Part shown: in pieces, positions 1 through 12,600 of the stretch
Position numbering within the stretch: the first letter of the stretch is position 1
Layout: each line of letters begins with the position of its first letter
DNA from: Nemertoderma westbladi
Taxonomy: Eukaryota > Animalia > Xenacoelomorpha
Length of the DNA stretch: 64,000 bases
Reading direction: 5' to 3'
Assembly: GCA_032718475.1 (NCBI GenBank)
Contig: JAUCBJ010005712.1
Span: forward strand, 1 to 64,000
The notes under the pieces: model-generated
What the model was told of the DNA's origin: nothing
Seen by the model: only the letters and a program-made list of their open reading frames with translations
Databases searched by the model: none
Position numbers and translations under genes: made by a program

Positions 1-3
1 ACG

Positions 4-55
4 AGTACTCTGCGTTGATACCACTGCTTTAAGCAGTGTATCAACGCAGAGTACT
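4..55. other. Head-to-head amplification adapter dimer (SMART-type / PacBio ultra-low-input oligo); library artefact
   Basis: AGTACTCTGCGTTGATACCACTGCTT (4-29) followed by AAGCAGTG-TATCAACGCAGAGTACT (31-55). These are the reverse complement and the forward copy of AAGCAGTGGTATCAACGCAGAGTAC(T), the forward copy lacking one G. Confidence 0.97.
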
Positions 56-911
56 CCACCGAGTCAGTGTGTGTTGTTTTCCTATGCCAGAACATCGGCT
101 TGGAATCATTCTGTTTTCAGACTTTAGCCGAACAACATTAGGCTTTGATTATAGAAACGTATAACTGTTATCAGTACAGCCTAACGGCACACAAATCAGT
201 GTGTGTACTTTTCACCGCATTATTTTACTGCTATTTACTGTCGGTTATTAATTGTGTCAGTTGATGAATATTGTTATACTTGGAGAATATCGATAAATAA
301 CCCAAAAATCCCAATCTTCTTGATACACTAAAGGTTAGAGAGACCGGTTACATATAGCAATTGCGACTTATATTATCGTGGTTTGTAGTGAATCTAATGC
401 TATTTCATAGATACTACATGAGTCCATTGCTGTTCCCTTTATGTATGGTCAAGGTCAGTGACTGTCGGCAGATCAGTGTGCAGTATTGTGCGATACCGGT
501 AGTGTGCATGATTGTGACTGATAACTAAGCATCTCCTAAAGAATGCGCCTTATACGTGAATCATAAGCCGTACCGTTGTGTTTAGTATAAGTCATAACTC
601 TGTTTACATATTTAGAGCGCCACGTCCTAAAGGAACTGTTAATATTTCCCGAAAGTGAATAATATTTGTCAGAGATTATATATTAACGATCAATCGAATA
701 ATACAGTAGGCTTACACCGCAATAAGGTCAGAGCATCCGAATCCAGTCTCCCAGGTATATCCAGTGGGTGAATGATCGCGCATCGGCTGGCTTCGGCTAA
801 TGTAGTGTTTATTTGTATCAAATACTTGTCATAGGCTAAAGTCGATTTATAAACTAAAAGACATATAAATTTTGGCAGGTTAAACTGCTAAAGGTCTTAA
901 AAGCGCGAACA
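56..911 (+). repeat. Partial 5' LTR of copy 1
   Basis: Near-identical to about 19038-19907; ends ...GCGCGAACA at 911. Confidence 0.93.
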
Positions 912-923
912 ATAACAGTTATA
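912..923 (+). promoter_or_regulatory. Non-tRNA primer-binding-site position (ATAACAGTTATA), complementary to LTR nt 160-171
   Basis: Lies immediately after the LTR end and lacks the TGG expected for a tRNA 3'-CCA. Its reverse complement TATAACTGTTAT is at 160-171. The function is inferred. Confidence 0.6.
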
Positions 924-977
924 GCTTTCTTTATTGCAGTAAGCAATAAAGCTGAAGTACTGGTCGACCGGTAACTT

Positions 978-1080
978 GTAGGCCCAACTGCCCGAACCGG
1001 TACTGCTGTAGGCCTGTAGGCCCAACTGCCCGAACCGGTACTGCTGTAGGCCTGTAGGCCCAACTGCCCTAACCGGTACT
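978..1080 (+). repeat. 38-bp tandem repeat (about 2.7 units) in the retrotransposon leader
   Basis: GTAGGCCCAACTGCCCGAACCGGTACTGCTGTAGGCCT at 978, 1016 and 1054 (partial); repeated at about 4253-4355. Confidence 0.85.
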
Positions 1081-1256
1081 TCCAGTACAGGTACATCAGT
1101 ATTATTCGATTTGAGAATTATATACCGGTAGGTCTGATATTTAATCAGGGAGGGCCCGCCCTGGTTTTTTATTGAGATTTTACTTATTTCTGTCGGTTTT
1201 ATTTACATGTAAGTTAATATTGAGCAGAAGACGTGTAAGTCTGCTCAGATTGTTCA

Positions 1257-1777
1257 GATAATTGTAGGCTGGATTGTTGTCTGACTGTTGTTAGGTCTGA
1301 AGAGATTGCGGTGTGTGTAGAGTCTGTCCGATAAAGTACCAGTTGGGAACGTAGGGGCATCTTGAGTTGTAAGGTAAACCCCCTCCGAAAGAATAAGTCG
1401 TCCTACTCGGTTAGAACGCATACTAACTAACCATTTCGGAATCTGCATATACTGTAGTTTATTTAGGCTTGATAGTAGTCTGCCAGCGTTTAGTCTGTAT
1501 TTGTTTGTGTAGTCTGTTCAGGTACCGTAAGTATTATTCGGATAATTTGTAGGCTGGATTGTTGTCTGGCTGTTGTTAGGTCTGAAGAGATTGCGGCGTG
1601 TGTAGAGTATCTGTCCGATAAAGTACTAGTTAGGAACGTAGGGGCATCTTGAGTTGTAAGGTAAACCCCCTCCGAAAGAATAAGTCGTACTACTAGGTTA
1701 GAACGCATACTAACTAACAATTTCGGAATCTGCACATACTGTAGTTTATTTAGGCTTGATAGTAGTCTGCCAGCGTT
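1257..1777 (+). repeat. Two direct repeats with 287-bp period in the leader of copy 1
   Basis: About 1257-1490 matches about 1541-1777; the antisense ORFs ending at 1448 and 1735 mirror this period. Confidence 0.9.
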
Positions 1778-2972
1778 TGGTTTGTATTTTGTTTGAGTAT
1801 TCTGTACGGGTAGCGTAATATTTATTATTCAGAGTTTATGCGATTATTCGCAACATTCATATCCCCAAGTTTATTCCTACAGTAATTGTGCTTGTTATAC
1901 ATACCGTTATAGTTAAATTAACCCCTGTACTACACGGGCTGCTTGGCATAGGTAAAGACTGGTGATTTTGTGCCTCGGTCACTCCAGCAGATACCGTGGT
2001 TCTTTTAGCTGTACAAGTATTTTTAACTGCTGGTTATCTGTTTTACAAGTACTTGTACCTAATTTAGGGTTTAGTGTACAGTGCTTTCCGAAAGTAATTA
2101 GTGTGTAGGCAGTATATTTGTGTTGTAAAGTGGTTAATAGGCACGTTGGTTCTGGTAGACCGCGGTAATTAACTTCTAGGTAGGAACACTCCATGAAACA
2201 TAACGTAGTACTTATAGCGAGCGATACGGCTATAAGTCGTCAGACGGTGGTATTTTTCCTATCTGGACAACGCAGTATATTTACTACTGCTTTATTATTC
2301 TCAAATACCATATTATCCTGTCCGTTGTAATAACCAGATATTCTAACCCTTTGTTAGGCTGGTTTGTAGATTCCCTGTAAAATTAACCGTAAAAATTCGT
2401 ACGTGTAATTTTGTGTGTTTATTTAGAGATTGTAATCTCACCCTATATTGTACGTAATTCGTAGATAAGTAACTTAGGCCAGTAGAATTATTTGTTTTAG
2501 TGTCCAATAAGTAGCACTTCACTGAGAGCGCACAGCTTCTGTGTAGTGACTCCTTCCCAGAAATAATAACATTTATTTCAAATATTGTAACAAAACCCAT
2601 TAAACGGGTATATATATATTATAAAACAACTCGAATAGATTTATAAACTAGTAGGCCTGTCATGCAACAATTAGGTCTTAATATCAGTTGGACTACTGCT
2701 TAAATAACGGTAATAAAGTAAAGTAAAGTAACTAATTTATATATATTTATATATTTGTGCTGAAATTATACCGGTATTCTGTGACAAATCTAGTCTGCAA
2801 TAATACTTATATATACTATAAGTGTATACCGGTATTCTATTATATTGCGTATATATCACGTTACATAGAGTAACGATATCGGTAATTAATCACTAGGCTT
2901 ACAGTGATACTGAATTACTAGACTTGCTTTAACTGTATTTATAGCAGTAGGCATTCAGCTGTATAAACAAAT

Positions 2973-3637
2973 ATGTCTGACACAAAGCAAAACCTGTCAG
3001 ACAGTCTATTAGATGTAACCATCTGTGACCCGGAAAGGAGTGTGGAGCGTTTAAGACCGAAGTTCAGCTCACCTCCTAATGTAAGAAAAGTCATCCCTCC
3101 AGTAGTAGTATCAGACCCTAGGCTAATCCAACACCGTAGGTCTATCATCGGCACTCGGGCCCAGGTCAAGCGGAATCAAGAAGCAGCTGTCCAACAGCAG
3201 CAACATCCTAGCCAAGAACTTAGTTCCCAGCAGCCCGATAGCTCCAGTAGTTCGGATACTGTAGAGCTGACCCCCGAACACGGAGTGAAGATGGCGGATA
3301 CGGTTTATTCGGATCCCCTTCTCACTCTTCCTGCAGCAGTACTAACTACGGTATTGATTGCGGTGGAGGAACACCAAGTCGATTGGGCGAGAAGTAAGCA
3401 ATCGACTCAAGACAGTTATGCGGGATACGCAAGGGAACAATTCATGTCTATTGTCGAGTCGCAATGGAACTTCCCCGGACCCGGACTCCCGTTAGACTTA
3501 TCCGAAGCTACCTGGGAAGACATACACAGGATGGGAGTGACAAAAGATACAATGGATCCAGCTGTTTTGAAGAGGTCGGCAGCAGGATATGTGCAGGGAT
3601 TCTTCGGCTCTTTAGAGCGATTAGAAGAACAACTGTT
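2973..3637 (+). pseudogene. Bel/Pao gag N-terminal segment, broken by an insertion
   Basis: MSDTKQNLSD...LERLEEQL matches the first ~222 aa of ORF 30480..32558. The rest of ORF 2973..3803 is read-through into LTR sequence. Confidence 0.9.
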
Positions 3638-6612
3638 GCGACTTATATTATCGTGGTTTGTAGTGTATCTAATGCTATTTCATAGATACTACATGAGTCC
3701 ATTGCTGTTCCCTTTATGTATGGTCAAGGTCAGTGACTGTCGGCAGATCAGTGTGCAGTATTGTGCGATACCGGTAGTGTGCATGATTGTGACTGATAAC
3801 TAAGCATCTCCTAAAGAATGCGCCTTATACGTGAATCATAAGCCGTACCGTTGTGTTTAGTATAAGTCATAACTCTGTTTACATATTTAGAGCGCCACGT
3901 CCTAAAGGAACTGTTAATATTTCCCGAAAGTGAATAATATTTGTCAGAGATTATATATTAACGATCAATCGAATAATACAGTAGGCTTACACCGCAATAA
4001 GGTCAGAGCATCCGAATCCAGTCTCCCGGGTATATCCAGCGGGTGAATGATCGCGCATCGGCTGGCTTTGGCTAATGTAGTGTTTATTTGTATCAAATAC
4101 TTGTCATAGGCTAAAGTCGATTTATAAACTAAAAGACATATAAATTTTGGCAGGTTAAACTGCTAAAGGTCTTAAAAGCACGAACAATAACAGTTATAGC
4201 TTTCTTTATTGCAGTAAGTTATAAAGCTGAAGTACTGGTCGACCGGTAACCTGTAGGCCCAACTGCCCGAACCGGTACTGCTGTAGGCCTGTAGGCCCAA
4301 CTGCCCGAACCGGTACTGCTGTAGGCCTGTAGGCCCAACTGCCCTAACCGGTACTTCCAGTACAGGTACATCAGTATTATTCGATTTGAGAATTATATAC
4401 CGGTAGGTCTGATATTTAATCAGGGAGGGCCCGCCCTGGTTTTTTATTAAGATTTTACTTATTTCTGTCGGTTTTATTTACATGTAAGTTAATATTGAGC
4501 AGAAGACATATAAGTCTGCTCAGATTGTTCAGATAATTGTAGGCTGGATTGTTGTCTGACTGTTGTTAGGTCTGAAGAGATTGCGGTGTGTGTAGAGTCT
4601 GTCCGATAAAGTACCAGTTGGGAATGTAGGGGCATCTTGAGTTGTAAGGTAAACCCCCTCCGAAAGAATAAGTCGTCCTACTCGGTTAGAACGCATACTA
4701 ACTAACCATTTCGGAATCTGCATATACTGTAGTTTATTTAGGCTTGATAGTAGTCTGCCAGTGTTTAGTCTGTATTTGTTTGTGTAGTCTGTTCAGGTAC
4801 CGTAAGAATTATTCGGATAATTTGTAGGCTGGATTGTTGTCTGGCTGTTATTAGGTCTGAAGAGATTGCGGCGTGTGTAGAGTATCTGTCCGATAAAGTA
4901 CTAGTTAGGAATGTAGGGGCATCTTGAGTTGTAAGGTAAACCCCCTCCGAAAGAATAAGTCGTACTACTAGGTTAGAACGCATACTAACTAACAATTTCG
5001 GAATCTGCACATACTGTAGTTTATTTAGGCTTGATAGTAGTCTGCCAGCGTTTGGTTTGTATTTTGTTTGAGTATTCTGTACGGGTAGCGTAATATTTAT
5101 TATTCAGAGTTTATGCGATTATTCGCAACATTCATATCCCCAAGTTTATTCCTACAGTAATTGTGCTTGTTATACATACCGTTATAGTTAAATTAACCCC
5201 TGTACTACACGGGCTGCTTGGCATAGGTAAAGACTGGTGATTTTGTGCCTCGGTCACTCCAGCAGATACCGTGGTTCTTTTAGCTGTACAAGTATTTTTA
5301 ACTGCTGGTTATCTGTTTTACAAGTACTTGTACCTAATTTAGGGTTTAGTGTACAGTGCTTTCCGAAAGTAATTAGTGTGTAGGCAGTATATTTGTGTTG
5401 TAAAGTGGTTAATAGGCACGTTGGTTCTGGTAGACCGCGGTAATTAACTTCTAGGTAGGAACACTCCGTGAAACATAACGTAGTACTTATAGCGAGCGAT
5501 ACGGCTATAAGTCGTCAGACGGTGGTATTTTTCCTATCTGGACAACGCAGTATATTTACTACTGCTTTATTATTCTCAAATACCATATTATCCTGTCCGT
5601 TGTAATAACCAGATATTCTAACCCTTTGTTAGGCTGGTTTGTAGATTCCCTGTAAAATTAACCGTAAAAATTCGTACGTGTAATTTTGTGTGTTTATTTA
5701 GAGATTGTAATCTCACCCTATATTGTACGTAATTCGTAGATAAGTAACTTAGGCCAGTAGAATTATTTGTTTTAGTGTCCAATAAGTAGCACTTCACTGA
5801 GAGCGCACAGCTTCTGTGTAGTGACTCCTTCCCAGAAATAATAACATTTATTTAAAATATTGTAACAAAACCCATTAAACGGGTATATATATATTATAAA
5901 ACAACTCGAATAGATTTATAAACTAGTAGGCCTGTCATGCAACAATTAGGTCTTAATATCAGTTGGACTACTGCTTAAATAACGGTAATAAAGTAAAGTA
6001 AAGTAACTAATTTATATATATTTATATATTTGTGCTGAAATTATACCGGTATTCTGTGACAAATCTAGTCTGCAATAATACTTATATATACTATAAGTGT
6101 ATACCAGTATTCTATTATATTGCGTATATATCACGTTACATAGAGTAACGATATCGGTAATTAATCACTAGGCTTACAGTGATACTGAATCACTAGACTT
6201 GCTTTAACTGTATTTATAGCAGTAGGCATTCAGCTGTATAAACAAATATGTCTGACACAAAGCAAAACCTGTCAGACAGTCTATTAGATGTAACCATCTG
6301 TGACCCGGAAAGGAGTGTGGAGCGTTTAAGACCGAAGTTCAGCTCACCTCCTAATGTAAGAAAAGTCATCCCTCCAGTAGTAGTATCAGACCCTAGGCTA
6401 ATCCAACACCGTAGGTCTATCATCGGCACTCGGGCCCAGGTCAAGCGGAATCAAGAAGCAGCTGTCCAACAGCAGCAACATCCTAGCCAAGAACTTAGTT
6501 CCCAGCGGCCCGATAGCTCCAGTAGTTCGGATACTGTAGAGCTGACCCCCGAACACGGAGTGAAGATGGCGGATACGGTTTATTCGGATCCCCTTCTCAC
6601 TCTTCCTGCAGC
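3636..6612 (+). repeat. 2977-bp duplicate of 361-3337 (3' part of LTR, leader and gag start) inserted into gag
   Basis: Constant offset of 3275 bp with only scattered substitutions. LTR end repeated at 4186. Gag resumes at about 6613, where it was broken at 3637. Confidence 0.92.
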
Positions 6613-9600
6613 CCCGACAACCCCAAGGACCTCAAGAGCAGGAAGAGCTGCTTTATCAAGTACGCGAAAGAACTCTATGCATTAGACTAATCCTATCGGC
6701 CTTTGAGGAAGCTTCCAAAAGAAGACAGGACACGTCGTTGCAAGTTGCTGTCAAGACTTGGTTCCAGCGGGTGGGTCTCAAGGTTCAAGAAACGGCCCAG
6801 TGGAAATTTCAGCTGGCTGAGCGACCAATCTATGAAGAATCAACCGATGCCAACTTTTCTCAAGTGGAAAGCAAAGTGACAGCAGAGAGACCGCGAACGA
6901 GAGACGCTATCGACATCTATCTGTCAGACTATCAGCGGTTCCTGGGTGATGAAGAGTTGAGGAGATGGCTGTCTGGACTTCGCCCTAATAGTGAAGGAAC
7001 CAAGCTTGTGTTGGACTCAATCGATGCGGAAATGTTAGCTGCAAACCAAGCTCAATTTGATGAACGACTCCAACAAGAACAAGTAAAGAAAAAACGAATA
7101 GAAGACAGAAAGACAGCAGCAGTAGCAGCGGCAATGGCAACGGCCGAAGCGGAAAGAAAAGCGGCAGTGGCAGAAGCAGCGGTCGAAGCGGAAAAAAAGG
7201 CGGCAGTAGCAGCGGCAGCAGCCGAAGCGGAAAGAAAAGCGGCAGTGGCAGAAGCAGCGGTTGAAGCGGAAAGAAAGGTGGCAGTAGCAGCGGCAGCGGC
7301 CGAAGCGGAAAGAAAAGCAGCAGTAACAGCAGCAGTAGCAGTGGCAGAAGCAGAACGGAGAGCGTCTGAAGAGACCACCCAACTGGAGTTGGAAAATCTT
7401 CAAGAGACGCAAGACTGCATAAATAAACAGTTAACAGCTAGTCAAATGCAGATGATAAGTAGATCTACTCCCAAAAGACAGGGATATACATCATCTGAGG
7501 AAGGCGATACCACCGATCCTGAAGGCGGAGAAAATAGATCTCGTCTAAGCAGGCGTAGAAGAATGTCCCACCATTAGAAATTGCCTGATTTGCCTCCAGC
7601 TGTTAGAAGACAACTAGCTAGCACAGACTTAGGTAGTACAGAACCCACAGACCTAAATATCACTGTAAAAAGACTCCCTACTATAGTAGATGAGCCTGAA
7701 ATAATTAAGCCTGTTCTAGAAGCCACCCCTTCGGTGAGAGAGACCCCTGTACTCCCCGAACCTACCACCAAATTCCCTTTGCACAGTACTAAATTGCCTG
7801 TACCCGGTAGAACAGCCCAAGAGAATATCCCGGTCCTGGACGCCGAGAGAGCAATCCAAGATTTGTCTCCCGTCGTCCCGCGTCTGCCCGCTACTATGTT
7901 GGCGACTCCCGCTTCGGCGGTCGAGTGGGTAGATGAGGGACGGCGGGAGATGGGTCTCTTGCTCGGGCAGCTGAGGGAACACCGAGAATGTTCCTCCCGG
8001 CAGGTCCGAGATTTAGAAGGGACTGTCCACCAACTCAAGGGAACAGTAAGGGAAAGTAGGTTAGAGTTGCAAGAAGTGCAGCAAAGTATCGCGCTGGAAC
8101 GCGACAAATTAGTAAATATACAAAAGGGTATACCAACCCCCCCTGTAACCATGTGTCAACCTGTTAAGTCTGAAGTATTTCATGCGCAAGGTATGGAGCC
8201 TACACGCATCTATACTGCTAGTGAGGTAGAAACTCCTATAGTAAACCCTATTAAGGGTGATTATAAACCTGTTGATAATAATATTCCATATAGACCTGAT
8301 AATAATCCGAGAAATTTATATACCGATAATTTGATATTAAATAACACAATGGCCCAAGAAAGCTTTACGCGTCAAATGGCTAGAACCGAAGCCCGGCAAG
8401 CGGTCAAAGTGGGAGAGATAGTCAAGTTCAACGGAGATGAGATGAAATGGTTACCTTTTAATGAATATTACAAAGATAACATACAGAACTCTGTACTATC
8501 CAATGGAGAGAAACTTAGATACCTCATCGAATGCTTGGAAGGACCTCCCAAGTTAATGGCGTTAAAGTTTATTGGACATATTGGACATATACATTAAACA
8601 TCGGGTATGGTAATAGGAATAACATAGCTAAGTATTTGTATGCGAAATTGGTAGCCCCCCGAAAGTTCATTAGTAGCGGGATTATAGAGTTTTCCGATGA
8701 GATTCAGGAGGTCTGTAGACAATTGGATTGGCTAGGTAAGTCTCATGAATATCAGAGTTCCATGGTTATTGGAGCCGTGGCCTCTACTTTACCAAAGGGT
8801 GGAGTAGGTACACGCTGGGACAAGAAAGTGTTGTATATGATGGAACAACAACGACGAGACCCTACCATGGCTGATCTCATGTCATTCTTAGATGGAGAAG
8901 TAAAATTACAACTCCTAAAGCAGTCCAGAGAGAAAACACCGGAAAATAAGGTAAGTGAGAAACCCGTTTCTAGGAGAAAAATAATACCAGTGTGTTATAC
9001 AGACGAGGGCGAAAGCCAGACCTCCCATGAGGAGAACAGCGGGAAAGACACAGCAAGATCTTACTATGACCACAAAACCCCTAAAGACGTAAGTAAATTC
9101 AAGTCTCGAACCAATGACAGGAGAGAACAGGTTACCAAAACTCCTCATACGTCTCCTAACAGAATTCACGGAAGAAAGCCTGAGGCAAGAACGAGAGTGC
9201 ATAACGTTACCCATGGTAAGGTGAGTAACATCAAACCAAAATGTGCGCTGTGCGACGGGCCCCACCGTTTGAGTGTGTGTGCTGAATTCCTAAAGAAATC
9301 ATTAAAGGATCGACGTGAAGTCATGTGCGATAAGTGGTTGTGTTATAATTGTCTCAGACGCGGACACCAACGGCGAACCTGTTACTCTGGCGCAAGGTGT
9401 GCGAAGTGCGGCGCGAAACATCATATCTTGTTGCACGCGGAATTCGAACAAAACAGCCCGAGTCAGGTAAGTGAGCCCGAATTACATGTCCAATTCAGTG
9501 ATGTGAACGACACTGACCAAAGTTCTGAGATGGAAGGATTCTATACGGACGAATTCTCCGACGAAAACGAATCCTGTTACCTAATAAATACCGCAGTGTA

Positions 9601-12600
9601 TCGAGCACTTACGTACGAGAAGGAAACTGACAAAGAGCTCCCCTTCACTACTCCTGACCGACAACCGTCTTGGAAAGCACCAACCTCCAACGTAGGAATC
9701 CGAGAGTTTCCTGTAGTGCAGGTAAGAGTCCACGGTCCTGACAAAAGTTACATAGTGAACGCCCTCCTTGATTCCGGCAGCACAGGAACATTCATTGACC
9801 AAGAACTAGCCGAAGACATCTTTGCTGGACAACCCAAATTCCGAACTAAGTTAAACATGTCAGGAATTATGCAGGTTTGGAAATCTACCATAATGGCAGA
9901 TTATTATGTAGGTGCGTTGTCCACCCCCCAGGATAAATTAGGAGAACAAAGTATAAGGTCAGTAAAAATGGTGGCGATAAAGAACTTCGCTACTACCCAA
10001 GTAGAACCTTATAACTGGGACGAGGACGAGTGCATCCAGCAGCTTAAGATACCTCGATTCCACACAGATTATCCTGGAGTGCAAATACTCATTGGCCAAA
10101 ACGCGCATGAGGCGCTAGAGACATTGGAGAAACGGCCTGCTCAACCGCAGCCACTACAAACCTATGTGGTAAGAACTCGAGTAGGTTGGTACTTTACTGG
10201 CCCTTCCCGTAGAACTCTCAAAGAGAGATTACCCCAAGAACAGGTATACCAAGTAAATGAATGGGAAGTGGAGAGCAGTGAGGTGGACGACCCAACTGAG
10301 GGAACACCATACTCCTCAGATAATGACGACATCTACCAACTCTTCGACGAAGAGAATGCAATCGACCTACTTACGGAAAACGAAACTTGGCAAAACCAGG
10401 TGAACCTATGTCAACTCGTTCGCCCATCCGGACAAATTAACTACGATGACGAACTGAACGATGTGATAGATCGCTACAACGCGAGGACTCGGGACGAACT
10501 CGCCATACGATTCTTTACTCAAGAGGCTGTAGAGCCCAATTCCTACGATAAGGCCCTATCGGTAGAAGAAGAAAGAGCCAAGCAGATCCAGGAGACAACT
10601 ACACGTTTTCTAAAAGATCAAGGTAGATATGAAATAGGTCTGCCGTTTCGAAAACAAGAACCTAGATTTATAAACAACCGACCCTTGGCGGAGAAAAGAA
10701 TCACTCAATTACATCGACGCCTTACGGCAAATGCTTCAGCTAAAGAAATGTACCAAACGCAGTTGAAGAAATTTATTAACAAAGGATATGCGGAGCGAGT
10801 ACCGGAAGATACATCCATAACTGAAAGAACGTACTATCTAACACATCATTACGTTCCCAAACCCGGTAAACCCCATGAAGTACGGGTCGTATTTGATGGC
10901 TCCGCCCTATATATGGGCCAATCCCTCAATTCCGAGTTGTTACCAGGACCCAACTTACTCCAATCCTTGTTGGGAATACTTTTAAGATTAAGACAATATT
11001 CCATCGCGTTCGCCTCCGATATAGAAGGAATGTTCTTACAAGTCAAGGCGCTGGATAGGGATAGAGACAGCCTAAGATTTCTGTGGTGGCCTGAAGGAGA
11101 TCTCAACCAGAAACCGGTGGAGTACTGGATGACCATCCAGGCTTTTGGGATCATATCAAGCCCTTCAAACGCCTGCAAGTGGTGCGGACCACTGCTGATG
11201 ACAACTGGGACGCCTTCTCTAAAGAGGTGATTGACAACATCAAACGGGATATATACATGGACGACAATTTAAAGTCCCTTCCCTCAGTAGAAGAAGCCAT
11301 TGATGTCGCGAAAGGAACGGTTGAGTGCTTGAAAAGAGGTGGATTTCGATTGACTAAATTCACCAGCAACTCCCGTGAGTTTCTGGAATCGATACCGGTA
11401 GAAGACCGAGGAGCGAAAGACCTAGACCTAATAAAAGACGATCTTCCAGAAACCAAGACGCTTGGCTTGAAATGGGACACTGAGAGAGATATCCTGTTTT
11501 TTCAGCTAAAACAGCGAGATAATCCAGTTCGGACCAAACGGATTTGTTTAAGTATCCTGAGCACTTATTTCGATCCATTGGGATTTATTAGCCCAGTTAT
11601 ATTGATTGCTTGGAGTTTAGTACAACAAATGTGGCTCGAAAACCACTCATGGGACGATCCACTTAAGGGAGAACTATTAAAGAGGTGGATGAAATGGGAA
11701 GATTCTCTACCTGCCATCGAGAACTTTATAATTTCCCATTCATATTTTGGTCATGTTCTCCCTACGTATTCCTATCAACTCCATGTGTTTGGAGACGCCA
11801 GCGATATGGGAATAGGAATAGTAGCATACCTGCGAGTCGAAACTCCGGATGGAATCAAAGTCGCCTTGGTTACCTCTAAGGCATTGATTAACAACAAGTT
11901 GAAGGTTCCTCGAGCGGAGTTAAAAGCGGCTCTATACGCTACAGCCATCGGCCGGAACGTAACAGAACAGATCGACTATCCACTGGAGAAAACTGTTTAT
12001 TGGACCGATGCTTTACTCGTGTTGGAGTATATAACCAATGAAGTCTGTCAGTTCAGCGTCTTTGTTACCAACAGAGTAGCCATTATTCTTAGCCGCACAG
12101 AGATAGATCAATGGAGACATTGCCCTGGTACGATTAATCCAGCCGACATCGCCTCCAGGGGAGCAACTCCACAGGAACTGATAGATACTCCAGATTGGTT
12201 GGGTGGACCCGACTTCCTGAGCAAGGAAGAGGATGAATGGCCTCCTCACCTTACTACGGCTGAGATTAGACAAGCCAAGGGAGCGGAGAAAGTCAAACCT
12301 AAAACCCGGGCGAGTAAATCGAAGTTATTTAAACCGGTGATAGATCTATCTGTATTACATACTTCCGGAAACGACGCTTCGGATCCACAATCCCTCGCCA
12401 CAAATAAGTCTGTTGTGGAAATTAGAGATAGAGATTGGAAATCTGGAATACCAGACGTCTCGCAAGGACTCTCACCCCTGCTGCAGAGAGCGATACATCA
12501 CTATAGTTCCTGGAATCGGCTCTGTAAGGCCGTCACATATTTAAAGCGATGTTTTCATCATCATTACTCCAGGACGAAGACCACTAGTGATACCGCTCCA

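Noticed and set aside
4-55. Palindrome as a biological hairpin, terminal repeat or recombination site shared with 57283-57334
   Set aside because: It matches the synthetic SMART/ultra-low-input adapter sequence.
1254-1735. Repeated antisense ORFs MQIPK... as small genes
   Set aside because: They mirror the leader direct repeats and are not preserved as the same ORFs in copy 2.
3638-3803. Hydrophobic C-terminus of ORF 2973..3803 as a genuine membrane anchor
   Set aside because: It is LTR sequence read through after the rearrangement junction.
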